Positions 9,274-19,107 of a stretch of 64,000 nt of DNA are shown piece after piece. Origin of the DNA: a virus; IMG/VR virus record IMGVR_UViG_3300046714_000236, positions 30,230-94,229 of that record; one strand, 5' to 3'. Within the stretch, counting starts at the first letter, position 1, and each line of letters starts with the position of its first letter. The position numbers and the translations under genes were made by a program. The notes under the pieces are model-generated. The model had not been told where the DNA came from, made no database searches, and saw only the letters and a list, made by a program, of their open reading frames with translations.

Positions 9274-9639
9274 TCAGCGGTCCGAATTGGCGAGAGCGTG
9301 CGCCATCGCGAGCGAGATGCGATCGACGCTCTGCTCACGGTTCGCCCCGAACGTCTTCGCGAGCGCGTCGACAACGAGCCCCGAGATCTGCGCACGCACT
9401 TCGGGCTTCGCGAGCTCTTCCCGGATCACCTCGATCGCGACTCTGAGCAGGGCGTTGTCGGTCGCTTCCTGCAGCTTGCTCGGCTTCTTCGCCGCCCACC
9501 TATCGGCGCCCTCCTGAGGCTTCATGAGGTTCGCGAGCGCCTCGGTGATCATCTGCTTCCGCTCGTCGGGGGAGATCTTTTGGAAGAGCGCCTCCACCAC
9601 GAGATCGCGCAGCTGTTCGTCTGACAGGTTGAGGTTCAT
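9274..9639 (-). CDS. helical hypothetical protein
   Basis: CATCCT 7 nt upstream; amphipathic helices. Confidence 0.65.
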   Translation of the reverse strand: MNLNLSDEQLRDLVVEALFQKISPDERKQMITEALANLMKPQEGADRWAAKKPSKLQEATDNALLRVAIEVIREELAKPEVRAQISGLVVDALAKTFGANREQSVDRISLAMAHALANSDR

Positions 9640-9664
9640 GGTGTCGAGGATGCCGTCCGGTCAG

Positions 9665-9684
9665 GACCGACATCGATGTCGGTC
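9665..9684. repeat. palindrome copy 3 (perfect to 22 bp)
   Basis: gGACCGACATCGATGTCGGTCc. Confidence 0.97.
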
Positions 9685-9703
9685 CATCACTTCGGAGCGA
9701 CGG

Positions 9704-10174
9704 TCATTCGACCGCGAAGCCCTTGTCGAGCAGCCGGCTCTCCATGTCGTCGAGCGCGGCGCGCACGCAGTCGGTTTGCCGGTTGTCGAGGAGCGCCATC
9801 AACGCCTCCAACCGAGCGCCGCCGTCGAGCACGGCGCGACCGATGCGCACTAGGTGCCGCTGCCCGAGCGCGACCGTGTGTTGGTGCGGAGTGAGCGCGG
9901 CGCGGTACGGAGCCGGGGGGTTCTTCTGAGCGTCTGCCATCTCCGGAGGATGCGGCCCGATCACCGTCGGCACTACCGCACCCGTGTCTTCGGGCCCGCG
10001 GGCTCGCGTCTGCTCTCGTGCGCGATCTGTGCGCCGCTGCCGTGCTGCGTCTTCTAGCGCCGCCGCTCGCTCTTCGGCCTTCGTGAGCGGCCGCCGAATG
10101 ATCTCCTGTTCGCGCTCATCGAACTCGGCGTCGTCCCGGCTGTAGACCCACGGCTTCGGGAACTCGCGAGACAT
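9704..10174 (-). CDS. hypothetical protein
   Basis: MSREFPKPW start, 7 nt after CATCCT. Confidence 0.55.
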   Translation of the reverse strand: MSREFPKPWVYSRDDAEFDEREQEIIRRPLTKAEERAAALEDAARQRRTDRAREQTRARGPEDTGAVVPTVIGPHPPEMADAQKNPPAPYRAALTPHQHTVALGQRHLVRIGRAVLDGGARLEALMALLDNRQTDCVRAALDDMESRLLDKGFAVE

Positions 10175-10268
10175 CCCCCCGAGGATGCCGCTCAGTGCCC
10201 GTACCCGCCTCGGAGAGCGCTCGCGATGGCGAGGAGGAAGCAGATACCCCCGAGAAGCGCGCGCACGC

Positions 10269-10982
10269 TCAGAGCTTCTTTTGGAGCGTCGCGTCCGCCC
10301 ATGCCCGCATGGCTGCGATCTCCGGATCGTCGGCCGCGTTCGCTGCCTCACTGAGCGCCGTCTCTGCCGCCTCGACCGCGGCCTTCGCCTTGTCGCGTGC
10401 CGCGACCGCCTTGTGTGCCGCTGCTGCCGCCGCGCCGTGGTCTGGCTCGTCTCCCGATGCGGCGTCGTCCGCTTCCTGCTGTGCTTCGGTCGCTTCGTCC
10501 TGCGCCTCGGTGAGCGTCGCGATCGCATCTTCGACGGCACTCGGATCGAGCCCAGCTTTCTTGTGCTCCTCGGCTCCTTCGAGGAGCTCGTTCGCCCGGG
10601 CCACCATCTCAGCGATCTCGGCCGACGCGTTCCCCGCCATCTGCGCGTAGCTCGCCGCGTCCCCTAGCCCGTGCTCCGCCGGGTTTGACGTCTCCGGGGC
10701 GTTCTCGGGATTGGTGGGCGTCTCTGCCTCCGGGTCCGCCGGAGCGTCTGCGGGGGCGTCTGGCGCAGGTGCAGCGGGGTCCGTCGGTTCGTCTTCCTCA
10801 CCCTCGTTCGGATCTTCCTCGCTGGTCGGCAGGAACTCGTCGAGCTCCCCCGCTTCCTTCGCCCGAGTCGCTTCGGCGACGAGCGCCCCGATCTGGTCCT
10901 CGGTGAGCTGTTCGAGGATTGCGGCGACGCCTTGTGACGCGCCTTCGTTCATGAGCCCGGGAAGCAGCGGGAGATCAGCCAT
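10269..10982 (-). CDS. acidic Ala-rich coiled-coil protein
   Basis: TGA-TAGGCT-N7-ATG upstream; A/E/D-rich. Confidence 0.7.
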   Translation of the reverse strand: MADLPLLPGLMNEGASQGVAAILEQLTEDQIGALVAEATRAKEAGELDEFLPTSEEDPNEGEEDEPTDPAAPAPDAPADAPADPEAETPTNPENAPETSNPAEHGLGDAASYAQMAGNASAEIAEMVARANELLEGAEEHKKAGLDPSAVEDAIATLTEAQDEATEAQQEADDAASGDEPDHGAAAAAAHKAVAARDKAKAAVEAAETALSEAANAADDPEIAAMRAWADATLQKKL

Positions 10983-11024
10983 GGGAAGGAGCCTATCAGG
11001 CGAACGGCTCGCGCGTCACCGGGG

Positions 11025-11044
11025 GACCGACATCGATGTCGGTT
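11025..11044. repeat. palindrome copy 4
   Basis: GACCGACATCGATGTCGGTT. Confidence 0.95.
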
Positions 11045-11045
11045 C

Positions 11046-11159
11046 TCACTCTTCCGGGTCGCTCGGCTCGACGAAGAGGAACGCGAGCGCGGCGCACACC
11101 GTGACGAAGAACGCGACGACCGCCATCGCCGCGAGCCCTTTGAAAACGAACGCGAGCAT
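11046..11159 (-). CDS. small single-TM protein (37 aa)
   Basis: MLAFVFKGLAAMAVVAFFVTVCAALAFLF; GCGGCATCGT-N7-ATG upstream. Confidence 0.45.
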   Translation of the reverse strand: MLAFVFKGLAAMAVVAFFVTVCAALAFLFVEPSDPEE

Positions 11160-11177
11160 GTTCCACACGATGCCGCC

Positions 11178-13031
11178 TCACGTGCCGAACGGCATCCCCG
11201 TGTTGGCGCTGAGACGGTTCGTCGCCTGGCGCGAGATGTCGCGACGGAAGATGACAGCCATTCGATCGGGGTCCTGGTCTCTGAAGTCCTGCTTCATGTT
11301 GAACGTCTGCCCGCCGTTCATGTTCAGGTTCACGGCCTTGTCCTTCAGCTTGCTGATGTCCTTCATCACCGGCGTAATCATCGGCCCGAGCATCATCGCC
11401 TCCGCTGCGATGTCGTACCCGGGTTGTCCCTTCACCTTCATCTTGCCGACGGCCGCGAGCTCAGCGGCCGCGCTGCTCGCTGACATCGCCGTTTCAAGGA
11501 GCGCCACCTGCGCGTCCTTCCCCGCGTCCGCGAGCTGCAGGAGCCAGTCGTTCGCTTCCTGCGTCGCCGCTTCCTGCTCGCCATAACCGATCGTGACTTC
11601 CTTCGCGGCCTGCGCCATTGCGCGCGTGTCCTCTGCGCCGCGTTCCTGCAGGTCATTGTAGAGCCCGAACGCTTCGTACCCTGCAGCTGCCACACCACCG
11701 AGCGCCGCGAGCCCTGCGCCGAGCGTGACGGCCGCCGCGCCCACCGTACCGAGTGACGCCGCCGCGTTGCCGATCGCCGTCGACGCGCCCGACGCTTGCC
11801 CGAGGTTCGCCGCGACCGTTGCCTTGCCGATGTTGCCGATCAGTTCCGCAGTCTCGCCGGTGAGCGCGCCCTTCACCGCAGACACTCCGCCGACCACCGC
11901 GCCCACTCCGCCCTTCGCCGCGCCGAGCGCACTGCCCGCAACACCGAGCGCCGTCTTCGCCCCGAACGCGATCGCGAGCGCTTCTCGGTGATCGTAGATG
12001 AAGAGCGCGACGTCCTTCGCGTACCCGAACGACGTGCGGATCACGTCCCCCGCTTCGTGGAGCGCGCTCTTGATCTCGTCCGAGTGCGTCTCGATGAACT
12101 CGAAGCCTTCCTCGAAAAGCTTCGCGCCCTCGGTGACTGCTTCGCCGAACCCTTCCCCGACGATCTCCGCATAGCGTTCGATCTTCGCTTGGTTGTCTTC
12201 GAGGTACGTCCCGAGCTTGCCGAGCGCGGGCACGAGCGCCTCGACGATGGGCTTGCCCGCGTGCTCGAACACCTGTTCCCTCATCCCCTTCAGGCTCGTC
12301 TCCACCATCTCTAGGGTGGGCTCGGTGCTCTTCATGCGTTCGGCCATCTTGCCGACCGCCTTCTCCCCGAGCTCCATCACCTTCGCGAGATGCCCGTCCG
12401 CCGCCATCTTCGTGAGCGTGCGCGCGATCTGCTTCGCGTTCCCATCCATGAGCCCCGTCTGCTTGATCATCGTGACGACGGGGTTCGTCGCTCGCACCAT
12501 GCCGAGCTCCATCGCCTGCATGCCCTGAGTGATCGCCGAGAAGCCGCCGGGCACCGCGCGCCCCGCGTAGATCATTTCCTCCGTGAGTCCCTTCAGCTCT
12601 TCGCGCGTGTGATCGCCACGCTCCGCCATCTGCTCGAAGCCAGAGATCACTTCGTTCGAGCTCACGCCCGCCGTGATGCTCATCGCTTCGAGCTCGTCCT
12701 TCATCCCCGCCGCCGCGGTGCGCGTTTCCTCGAAGCTCTCGCCGACGTCATCGCTCATCGCGAGCACGCCCGTGAGGCTCTTGATCTGCTCTTCCTCTGC
12801 GCCCGCTGCGCCGAGGATCTCGTGCCCGAACTCGCGAACGCTCTCGATCATCCCGCCGAGCTGGAAGCCGAGGAAGCTCGCCGCGACGTCGCGACCGAAG
12901 CCGAGGAGCTCGTGCATCGTCTCGGTCGCGTGGTGCTGCACTTCCTCGAAGCCGTGCTTGATGTGTTCGAGCGGGCCGCTCGATTTGTCTTCGAGGGTTA
13001 GCTTCGCTTTGACTTCGGTCTCATGAGCCAT
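11178..13031 (-). CDS. tail tape measure protein
   Basis: N-terminal AKLTLEDKSSGPL; helical A/G/E-rich; follows the tail chaperones. Confidence 0.85.
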   Translation of the reverse strand: MAHETEVKAKLTLEDKSSGPLEHIKHGFEEVQHHATETMHELLGFGRDVAASFLGFQLGGMIESVREFGHEILGAAGAEEEQIKSLTGVLAMSDDVGESFEETRTAAAGMKDELEAMSITAGVSSNEVISGFEQMAERGDHTREELKGLTEEMIYAGRAVPGGFSAITQGMQAMELGMVRATNPVVTMIKQTGLMDGNAKQIARTLTKMAADGHLAKVMELGEKAVGKMAERMKSTEPTLEMVETSLKGMREQVFEHAGKPIVEALVPALGKLGTYLEDNQAKIERYAEIVGEGFGEAVTEGAKLFEEGFEFIETHSDEIKSALHEAGDVIRTSFGYAKDVALFIYDHREALAIAFGAKTALGVAGSALGAAKGGVGAVVGGVSAVKGALTGETAELIGNIGKATVAANLGQASGASTAIGNAAASLGTVGAAAVTLGAGLAALGGVAAAGYEAFGLYNDLQERGAEDTRAMAQAAKEVTIGYGEQEAATQEANDWLLQLADAGKDAQVALLETAMSASSAAAELAAVGKMKVKGQPGYDIAAEAMMLGPMITPVMKDISKLKDKAVNLNMNGGQTFNMKQDFRDQDPDRMAVIFRRDISRQATNRLSANTGMPFGT

Positions 13032-13040
13032 CGCACAAGG

Positions 13041-13436
13041 CTACACCCACTCCCCATCCAAGTCCGGATCGACCGGCGTCTTCTTCCCGAGCTCCGCGAT
13101 CACCATCGCCTTCGTCGTGTCGAAGTAGTCACGGAGCTCCGCCACGCTCAGCGCTTCAAGCTCGCTCAGCGGTTGGTGCATGTAGCGCGCGACGAACGCG
13201 ATCACGTCGGTCGCGTCCTTCATCCGATCCCAAAGAGTCAGGATCCGTTCGGTGCCGTCCTTGTCGTGCACGCGCGGGACGAGCAGACGCGCCGTGAGCT
13301 GCGCGCCTGGATCATCCCACTCGCAGAAGCCGAGAGTTTCGAGCCGTTGATCAACGACATCCGGATCGAGCGTGAGCCCGTCCGCATCACACCGCAGCCC
13401 TCTCAGACTCTGACAGCGATGTAGTTCTCGAAAAAA
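13041..13436 (-). CDS. tail assembly chaperone GT C-terminal part (-1 frameshift product)
   Basis: -1 frame opens at slippery T TTT TTC; C-terminal ARYMHQPLSELEALSVAEL is gpT-like. Confidence 0.7.
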   Translation of the reverse strand, partial: FFRELHRCQSLRGLRCDADGLTLDPDVVDQRLETLGFCEWDDPGAQLTARLLVPRVHDKDGTERILTLWDRMKDATDVIAFVARYMHQPLSELEALSVAELRDYFDTTKAMVIAELGKKTPVDPDLDGEWV

Positions 13437-14008
13437 CGGGTGAGCCGGTCCTTCTGCAAAACGTGCAGCTGCGACCAAATCCGGTTCAACAGGTTCTGAC
13501 CAGGGCCGCCAAGCTGCTCCCAAAGTGTGTCAAGGTTGGCCGCTCCACCCGCGCCGCTCCAGTCGACGACCTCACCGTCGACGGCGCGCACCATCTGCTT
13601 CGTGAGTTCCTGCGGGAAGCGGTTCGGGTCCGCCATCGCACGCCCGAGCGCGAGCTTCTGATCGCCGATCGAAAGCGGCCACACGACGATCTGCCGCCAG
13701 AGTCCGCCCGCGACTCCGCCCGCTTCGGCGATGTCGAGCGCGGTCTCGACCTTCAGCGGGATCCCCACGGCTGGCGCGTACGTCCAGGACGAGGGGATGC
13801 GCATGAACACCGCGAGCCGATGCCGCGGGAACACGAGCCCGGGCGGTACGACCGCCCACGCAGGGATCCCGCCCGTCTGCGCAGGTGGAACGTCGCGCGC
13901 CTCCATGCGCGGCGCGGGTTCTTCTGCGGGCTCCTTCGCGGGCTCGGGTTCTTCTTCGGGCGCGTAAGGGATCGGTTGTTCGGTCGGTTCCGTGGCGTCG
14001 GTCGTCAT
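13403..14008 (-). CDS. tail assembly chaperone G
   Basis: Between tube and tape measure; SD AGGAGG. Confidence 0.75.
   Translation of the reverse strand: MTTDATEPTEQPIPYAPEEEPEPAKEPAEEPAPRMEARDVPPAQTGGIPAWAVVPPGLVFPRHRLAVFMRIPSSWTYAPAVGIPLKVETALDIAEAGGVAGGLWRQIVVWPLSIGDQKLALGRAMADPNRFPQELTKQMVRAVDGEVVDWSGAGGAANLDTLWEQLGGPGQNLLNRIWSQLHVLQKDRLTRFFENYIAVRV
13430..13436 (-). other. -1 programmed ribosomal frameshift slippery heptamer TTTTTTC
   Basis: CGT TTT TTC in frame (X XXY YYZ) shortly before the G stop codon. Confidence 0.75.
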
Positions 14009-14142
14009 GCTCTATCCTCCTGTTTTCGCAGAACGACCACCGCGCTGAAGGGTTAGGAGGTGCTCCGTCGATAACTGTGAGAGCCGTCGATCCCACTACC
14101 GAAGAAGCGCACCCCGCAACGCGGAGGTCTCTTGTCACGCGC

Positions 14143-14589
14143 TCAAGGGAGCGCGTTAGTCTGGACCGTGCGCTCGCTGCACTTGAACTGCATCTTCACT
14201 TTGACGTAGTCCGCGCGGCTCGCGATGGTCGTCGCAATGGCTCCCCACTTCACATCGGCGTACGTGTAGATCGAGGAGTCTCCGTTCCCGTACAGATCCG
14301 TTCGGATCACGTTGAAGATCCTGCTGAGGACCTTCCGCTGCGCGCGCTCGATGATCGAGAGTTCGAGCGAGACCCAGTTCGCTTTGGTGAGCTGGATCTC
14401 CATGTCGCCGCCGAACCCGTTGAAGATCTCGTCGAAGCGGTTGACGAGCTCTCCGAGGAACCCGGCCTCCTTCAGCTCCAACATGACTTCGTCGTTCATG
14501 CTCGCGATGCTGTCGATCGTGTTGTCGACGACGGAATCCGTCACGACGCGGATCGAGATCTCTTGGCCCTTTAGCCTCGGGTCGCTCAT
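14143..14589 (-). CDS. tail tube protein
   Basis: 148 aa, beta-rich, directly after the sheath. Confidence 0.8.
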   Translation of the reverse strand: MSDPRLKGQEISIRVVTDSVVDNTIDSIASMNDEVMLELKEAGFLGELVNRFDEIFNGFGGDMEIQLTKANWVSLELSIIERAQRKVLSRIFNVIRTDLYGNGDSSIYTYADVKWGAIATTIASRADYVKVKMQFKCSERTVQTNALP

Positions 14590-14615
14590 GTGATTGCTCC
14601 TTCAGATCTTTCCGC

Positions 14616-17156
14616 TTACGCAGCTTGCGCGAGCACGTTGACGGATGTGTCGACGTTCGTGCCGACGATGGTTTCGAGCACGATGAACTTCATGTCCGGG
14701 AGCATCCGGCATCGGAGGATGATCCGGAACTGCCCGCGCGCGAGACTGTTCTTCGTGTTCCCGCTCTTGCCGTCGATCACGTAGCTGTCGAGGCGCGCGC
14801 TCGCCGGGTTGCTCGGAGAGAGGAGCCCCTCCATGAACGCCTTGATCTCTCCGAGGCAGTTCGCTCGGCGATCGACGGTCATCTTCTTTTTGTTGAACGC
14901 CTTCAGCCGCTGCTTGATCGAATCCTGCAGGAAGTATTCGAACCGCTGCCGCGCGATGTCTTCGAGCTCCGGGTTGATCGTCGGGTCCACCGTCGTCACC
15001 GCGGATTGGATCTGACAGTTCCCATCATCGAACACGGGCGCCGCGATGCCCGCGCGCTTGAACGCGATGTAGTCGTTGATATCCATCGACTGGACGTCGC
15101 TGTTGTTTTTCTCCAGACCGAGCGCCCACGTCGGGATGTCGGTCTGCTGTCCGATGTTCTCCTCGGGTGCGAGCTGGCTCATGAGCGTCGCGACGAGCGA
15201 GTCCGCACCGACGTCGACGATCCCATCCGCAGTGAAGCCCGCGCCGCCCGAGAGACCGCGCGCAGCGATCTGCGGGATCCGGATCTGAAGCCCGGGGAAT
15301 GCGTACACGTTGTTCGCCGTGCGGTACCGACCGACGCCCGGTTGTGACATGCCGCCCTTCGCCACCGTGCGAGTCGTGCCGAGCGGCGGACGGATGACGC
15401 TCATCCGGCCGGTCATGCCCGACTCGCTCGCGGCGAGCCCGTTCGATCGGAGCCCGTTGCGGAGCGCGTTCGATTGCCGCGCCGCGAAGACGCCGTTCGC
15501 GAGCTTCGCCACGCTGCTCTGCGCGAGCGTCGCCGCGAGCGCGGTGTCATATGCCGAATCGATCGCGGGCTCGGTGAGCGCCGCGCTGAGCTCGCTCGGG
15601 TTGTTGACTGCCCACGCGCTCGAACCGGGCGACTCGGGGAGCACCGTCACCGTGTTCGCGGTACCGCTGCCGATCGTCCCGTCATCGAGCCCGGGTCGAA
15701 CCTTCAGTGAGTACGGACCCGCGTTGTCCGGATCGATGCTCGTCGTCTGCATCGTCACCCACTCGACCGCATCGTCGTCGCGCACGCGCGTGCCCGCCGG
15801 GATCTGCTCGAACCCGTGCGGGACCGCCGTCACCGTGATCACGCCGAGACCGAGCGCGGTGAGCACGCCAGTGCTTCCCCCGAGCACGCGCACCTGCCCG
15901 CCCGTCACACGCCCCGACAGATTGATCTTCGCCGCGTCTGCGTTCGCGCTCGCCGCCGTGAAACCGACGCCCGCATTGATGCGCGCGATCACATCGGCAC
16001 GCGCCGTGTCTCCCGATTGGAACGTGATCACCACGTTCGGCGAATCGTCGAAGCCGAGCGAGAGAGTCTCGCCGCCAGTGAACCCATCGGGGTACGTCCC
16101 CGCCGCACTCACGAGCACCGCGAAGCCACTCGGCTCGGAAGCGACCTGATCGCCGACGAACCCGAACGCCGTCAATGTCGAGATCCCGAGGAACTGAATG
16201 CTCGCGCCCGACGTCGCAGCGATCCGAATGTTCCCATCGCGATCGCGATCCACGCGCGTGTCCGAAGCCGCCGCTTCGATCACGCTCTTCGCTTCGAGGA
16301 GCGTCACCGCGGCGATGTTCGTCACGTTGCCCGTCCCCGTTCCGCTCGCTGGCGAGAAGCCCGTCGCCGTCGTGACGAGCGGAACCGACACGCTGTTCAC
16401 CACGACACTCCCGCCCGTGCCGAGAATGCGACCCGCGATCGTGGTCTCCCCGCCGCCCGCATCCGTCGCCGCCGTGTATCCGAGCGTCGCGTTGATGCGC
16501 GCAATGACGAGCGCCTGCGACGTGTCGCCCACCGTGAACACGATATCAATCGGACCGATCGCGAGATCGGTTCCCTCGTCGATCGTCACGTTCATCGACT
16601 CGCCGCCGCTGAACGTCGTGGGGTACGTCCCCGCCGCGCTCGTGAGCTGCGCCTCCGACGCGCTGAACGTCGCGCCCGATTGCGCGCCTGCGAGATCCAA
16701 GCCGAGGATCTGCCCGTCTTCGAGTGTCCACGTGTCGTCGTTGTTGCCCGTGATCGCCGGGAGCCGAGTGAACTCCACCGCACCGACCGAGGTGTCGACG
16801 CGCGCGACGATGAGCCCGCCGAACTTCTTCTGAGAGAGCCACACGAACGCGTTGCCGTTCCAGTACTCGAAGCTCGTCACGTTGTCCGCCTTGCGACCGC
16901 GCGCGCAGGGGTTGCACGAGGCGAGCCCGCCGTACGTGAAACCGAAGGCGCCGAAGTTCGCGAGGAGATCGCCACCGTTCTCGATCTCGGTCGGCACGTT
17001 GAACGGGCCGTCCTCGAACTCTCCGAGGAGCATCACCGTCCCCGCGAACGCGCCCGAGATCTGCGCCGGGGGATCCCGACTGATGAGCACGATCCCTTCG
17101 ATCTGCTCGATGACTTCATCTCCGGGGTCGCTAGTGAATCGGCGTACGAACGTCAT
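14616..17156 (-). CDS. tail sheath protein with large insertion
   Basis: GEFEDGPFNVPTEI at the N-terminus; IARQRFEYFLQDSI...NSLARGQFRIIL...MKFIVL at the C-terminus. Confidence 0.9.
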   Translation of the reverse strand: MTFVRRFTSDPGDEVIEQIEGIVLISRDPPAQISGAFAGTVMLLGEFEDGPFNVPTEIENGGDLLANFGAFGFTYGGLASCNPCARGRKADNVTSFEYWNGNAFVWLSQKKFGGLIVARVDTSVGAVEFTRLPAITGNNDDTWTLEDGQILGLDLAGAQSGATFSASEAQLTSAAGTYPTTFSGGESMNVTIDEGTDLAIGPIDIVFTVGDTSQALVIARINATLGYTAATDAGGGETTIAGRILGTGGSVVVNSVSVPLVTTATGFSPASGTGTGNVTNIAAVTLLEAKSVIEAAASDTRVDRDRDGNIRIAATSGASIQFLGISTLTAFGFVGDQVASEPSGFAVLVSAAGTYPDGFTGGETLSLGFDDSPNVVITFQSGDTARADVIARINAGVGFTAASANADAAKINLSGRVTGGQVRVLGGSTGVLTALGLGVITVTAVPHGFEQIPAGTRVRDDDAVEWVTMQTTSIDPDNAGPYSLKVRPGLDDGTIGSGTANTVTVLPESPGSSAWAVNNPSELSAALTEPAIDSAYDTALAATLAQSSVAKLANGVFAARQSNALRNGLRSNGLAASESGMTGRMSVIRPPLGTTRTVAKGGMSQPGVGRYRTANNVYAFPGLQIRIPQIAARGLSGGAGFTADGIVDVGADSLVATLMSQLAPEENIGQQTDIPTWALGLEKNNSDVQSMDINDYIAFKRAGIAAPVFDDGNCQIQSAVTTVDPTINPELEDIARQRFEYFLQDSIKQRLKAFNKKKMTVDRRANCLGEIKAFMEGLLSPSNPASARLDSYVIDGKSGNTKNSLARGQFRIILRCRMLPDMKFIVLETIVGTNVDTSVNVLAQAA

Positions 17157-17184
17157 GTTTGGGAGTCTCCGGTTCAGAACGGTA

Positions 17185-17886
17185 TCAGGCGCTGGTCTTA
17201 CTTGCTACGGCTCGCGCTTCGGCCGTCACTTCCACCACCACCGACGGATCGAAGTCCGGCGCTCTGACAAGCGCCACCTCGGGGACCGTCATCGTCACGT
17301 AAAGATCGGCGCGCCGCCGGTTCCTGAAAACGGGATCGTCTTCGAGAACCTCGCCCTCGTCGGACGCGAACGTCGCCACCTGATTGTAGTAGGCAGGAAG
17401 CCGGAGCTGCAGCGCATAGCTATCCTCGCCGTTGGTCAGGGCTTCCTCTAGCCCAGCCTTCAGCGCGGTGCGCATCGCGTCCTCCGCGCCGAGCACCTCG
17501 ATCGCGATCTGTTCCACCCAGTCGCTCTTTCGAATGAGGAACGTCCCCGGCCCGTACACGTCCGCCGTGCCGTCGATCTCCTGCGCAGGGCCGAGCCCGT
17601 AGGCTTCGTGACGCCCACGCGCCGGGCGGATCCCGATCCCCGGGAGCCCGGCGTCCGTGATGTTGTCCGGCTGGTAAACGTGGATGTTCTCGTAGGGAAC
17701 GACGAACCTGAGCGGAGGGCCCCGCCGCGCGCCGGGCGGCTTGTCTCCGGGCCTCGCGAAGATGAGCAGGCCCATGAACCGCCGGAGCGCGCGGAGCGCG
17801 TACGTGCGCGCGTCGCGGGTCGGGATGGCTGCCGCGTCGAACTGATCGCCGACGAGCTCCGGGGGAGGGAACACAAACTGCGACAT
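17185..17886 (-). CDS. tail completion/terminator protein
   Basis: Position just before the sheath. Confidence 0.55.
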   Translation of the reverse strand: MSQFVFPPPELVGDQFDAAAIPTRDARTYALRALRRFMGLLIFARPGDKPPGARRGPPLRFVVPYENIHVYQPDNITDAGLPGIGIRPARGRHEAYGLGPAQEIDGTADVYGPGTFLIRKSDWVEQIAIEVLGAEDAMRTALKAGLEEALTNGEDSYALQLRLPAYYNQVATFASDEGEVLEDDPVFRNRRRADLYVTMTVPEVALVRAPDFDPSVVVEVTAEARAVASKTSA

Positions 17887-18461
17887 CAGACCGACTCCCG
17901 ATCGAGCTCACGTACAATCTCTTCCTGGATGATCGTGCCGATGTCCTGCTGCACGAGCTGCCGCAGGATCCCGAGCCCGGGCCCGGGTCGGTTGAAGATC
18001 CCGCGCCGCTTCATCGCGCCGATGATCGCCCACGCGATCGCCGCGTCCGTCACCTTGCCGACCTTCGTCGACGTGTGCACGGCCTTGCCGTTCACGAACT
18101 TGATCTTGCTCTGCGTCGCGATGAGCCGCGTGATTCCTTTGCGCTTCGCCCATTCGACGAGCGCGAGGATCATCGCGTGCCCCGGTTTGATCGAGCTCGC
18201 TCGAACGCCGTCTTCGATGACGACCGCGGTTAGCTCGTTGTTGACGATCTGCGCGCCTTCCGGGATTGGGCCCGAGCGCCACCCCGCGCGGTAGATCCCC
18301 CTGTCCACAGGCTGGGGAGATCTTGAGGGGATGATCTGCGTCTGGATCTTCTGCACGCCGCGAGCGCCCGCACTCACAAGCCCGCGGAGCGCCGCCTTCC
18401 TGTACTTCTCTCCGAGCGCGCCGAAGTGTGCGGCCGCGTACTGAAGCTCGATGGACGCCAT
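17886..18461 (-). CDS. HK97 gp10-like neck protein
   Basis: PVDRGIYRAGW...VIEDG motif. Confidence 0.65.
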   Translation of the reverse strand: MASIELQYAAAHFGALGEKYRKAALRGLVSAGARGVQKIQTQIIPSRSPQPVDRGIYRAGWRSGPIPEGAQIVNNELTAVVIEDGVRASSIKPGHAMILALVEWAKRKGITRLIATQSKIKFVNGKAVHTSTKVGKVTDAAIAWAIIGAMKRRGIFNRPGPGLGILRQLVQQDIGTIIQEEIVRELDRESV

Positions 18462-19103
18462 TCAGTCGTCTTCCCCCGAGCCGACGTCGACGAACCCCGG
18501 CACCACGTCAACGCTCGCGCCTGCGAGCGTCGGTTGCCCGCGCCGATCCATGTCCTGACTCTCGCGCACGAGATAGATGATGAACTGCACCCGGCTCGCT
18601 GCACGCGACGGGTAGCCGTTCAGGTTGAAGCGCTGCCGCGCCGCCGGGTTGTCGCCGCGTCCGTCTTCGACCACCTCGTAGAAAAACGAAATGTTCCCCT
18701 TCGTGTTGCGCTCTACGCCGTTCGGATTCACCGGGCGCCCCGGTTGCCCAGGAACATCGCTCGGGATGACGAGCCCCTTCAGGTTGTCCTCCGTGTAGCG
18801 ATCGACGCTGATCTCTTCGACGCGCAGGCTCCCATCCGGGAGCGCGCCCTGCAGGAACGCGCGCCGCTGGATCGCGCTCAGGTCACTCACCTTCGGAGTC
18901 GGCAGGAGCTCCACGCGAGAGAGGATCTTCTCACCACCCTCGCCGCTCTCGTCGGCAACCCATTCGGTCCATACGAGGAAGACGCGATGCGGACGGATCC
19001 CAAACTTCGTGTTGAGCTGCCGCAACCGATCGGCACGACCACCGAACCGATTCGCGAGAGTCTTCTTCGCTTCGTCCGGTGTGAGAGGGCGCACGCGCGG
19101 CAC
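18462..19103 (-). CDS. head closure/neck protein
   Basis: Synteny in the head-tail module. Confidence 0.55.
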   Translation of the reverse strand: MPRVRPLTPDEAKKTLANRFGGRADRLRQLNTKFGIRPHRVFLVWTEWVADESGEGGEKILSRVELLPTPKVSDLSAIQRRAFLQGALPDGSLRVEEISVDRYTEDNLKGLVIPSDVPGQPGRPVNPNGVERNTKGNISFFYEVVEDGRGDNPAARQRFNLNGYPSRAASRVQFIIYLVRESQDMDRRGQPTLAGASVDVVPGFVDVGSGEDD

Positions 19104-19107
19104 GGGT

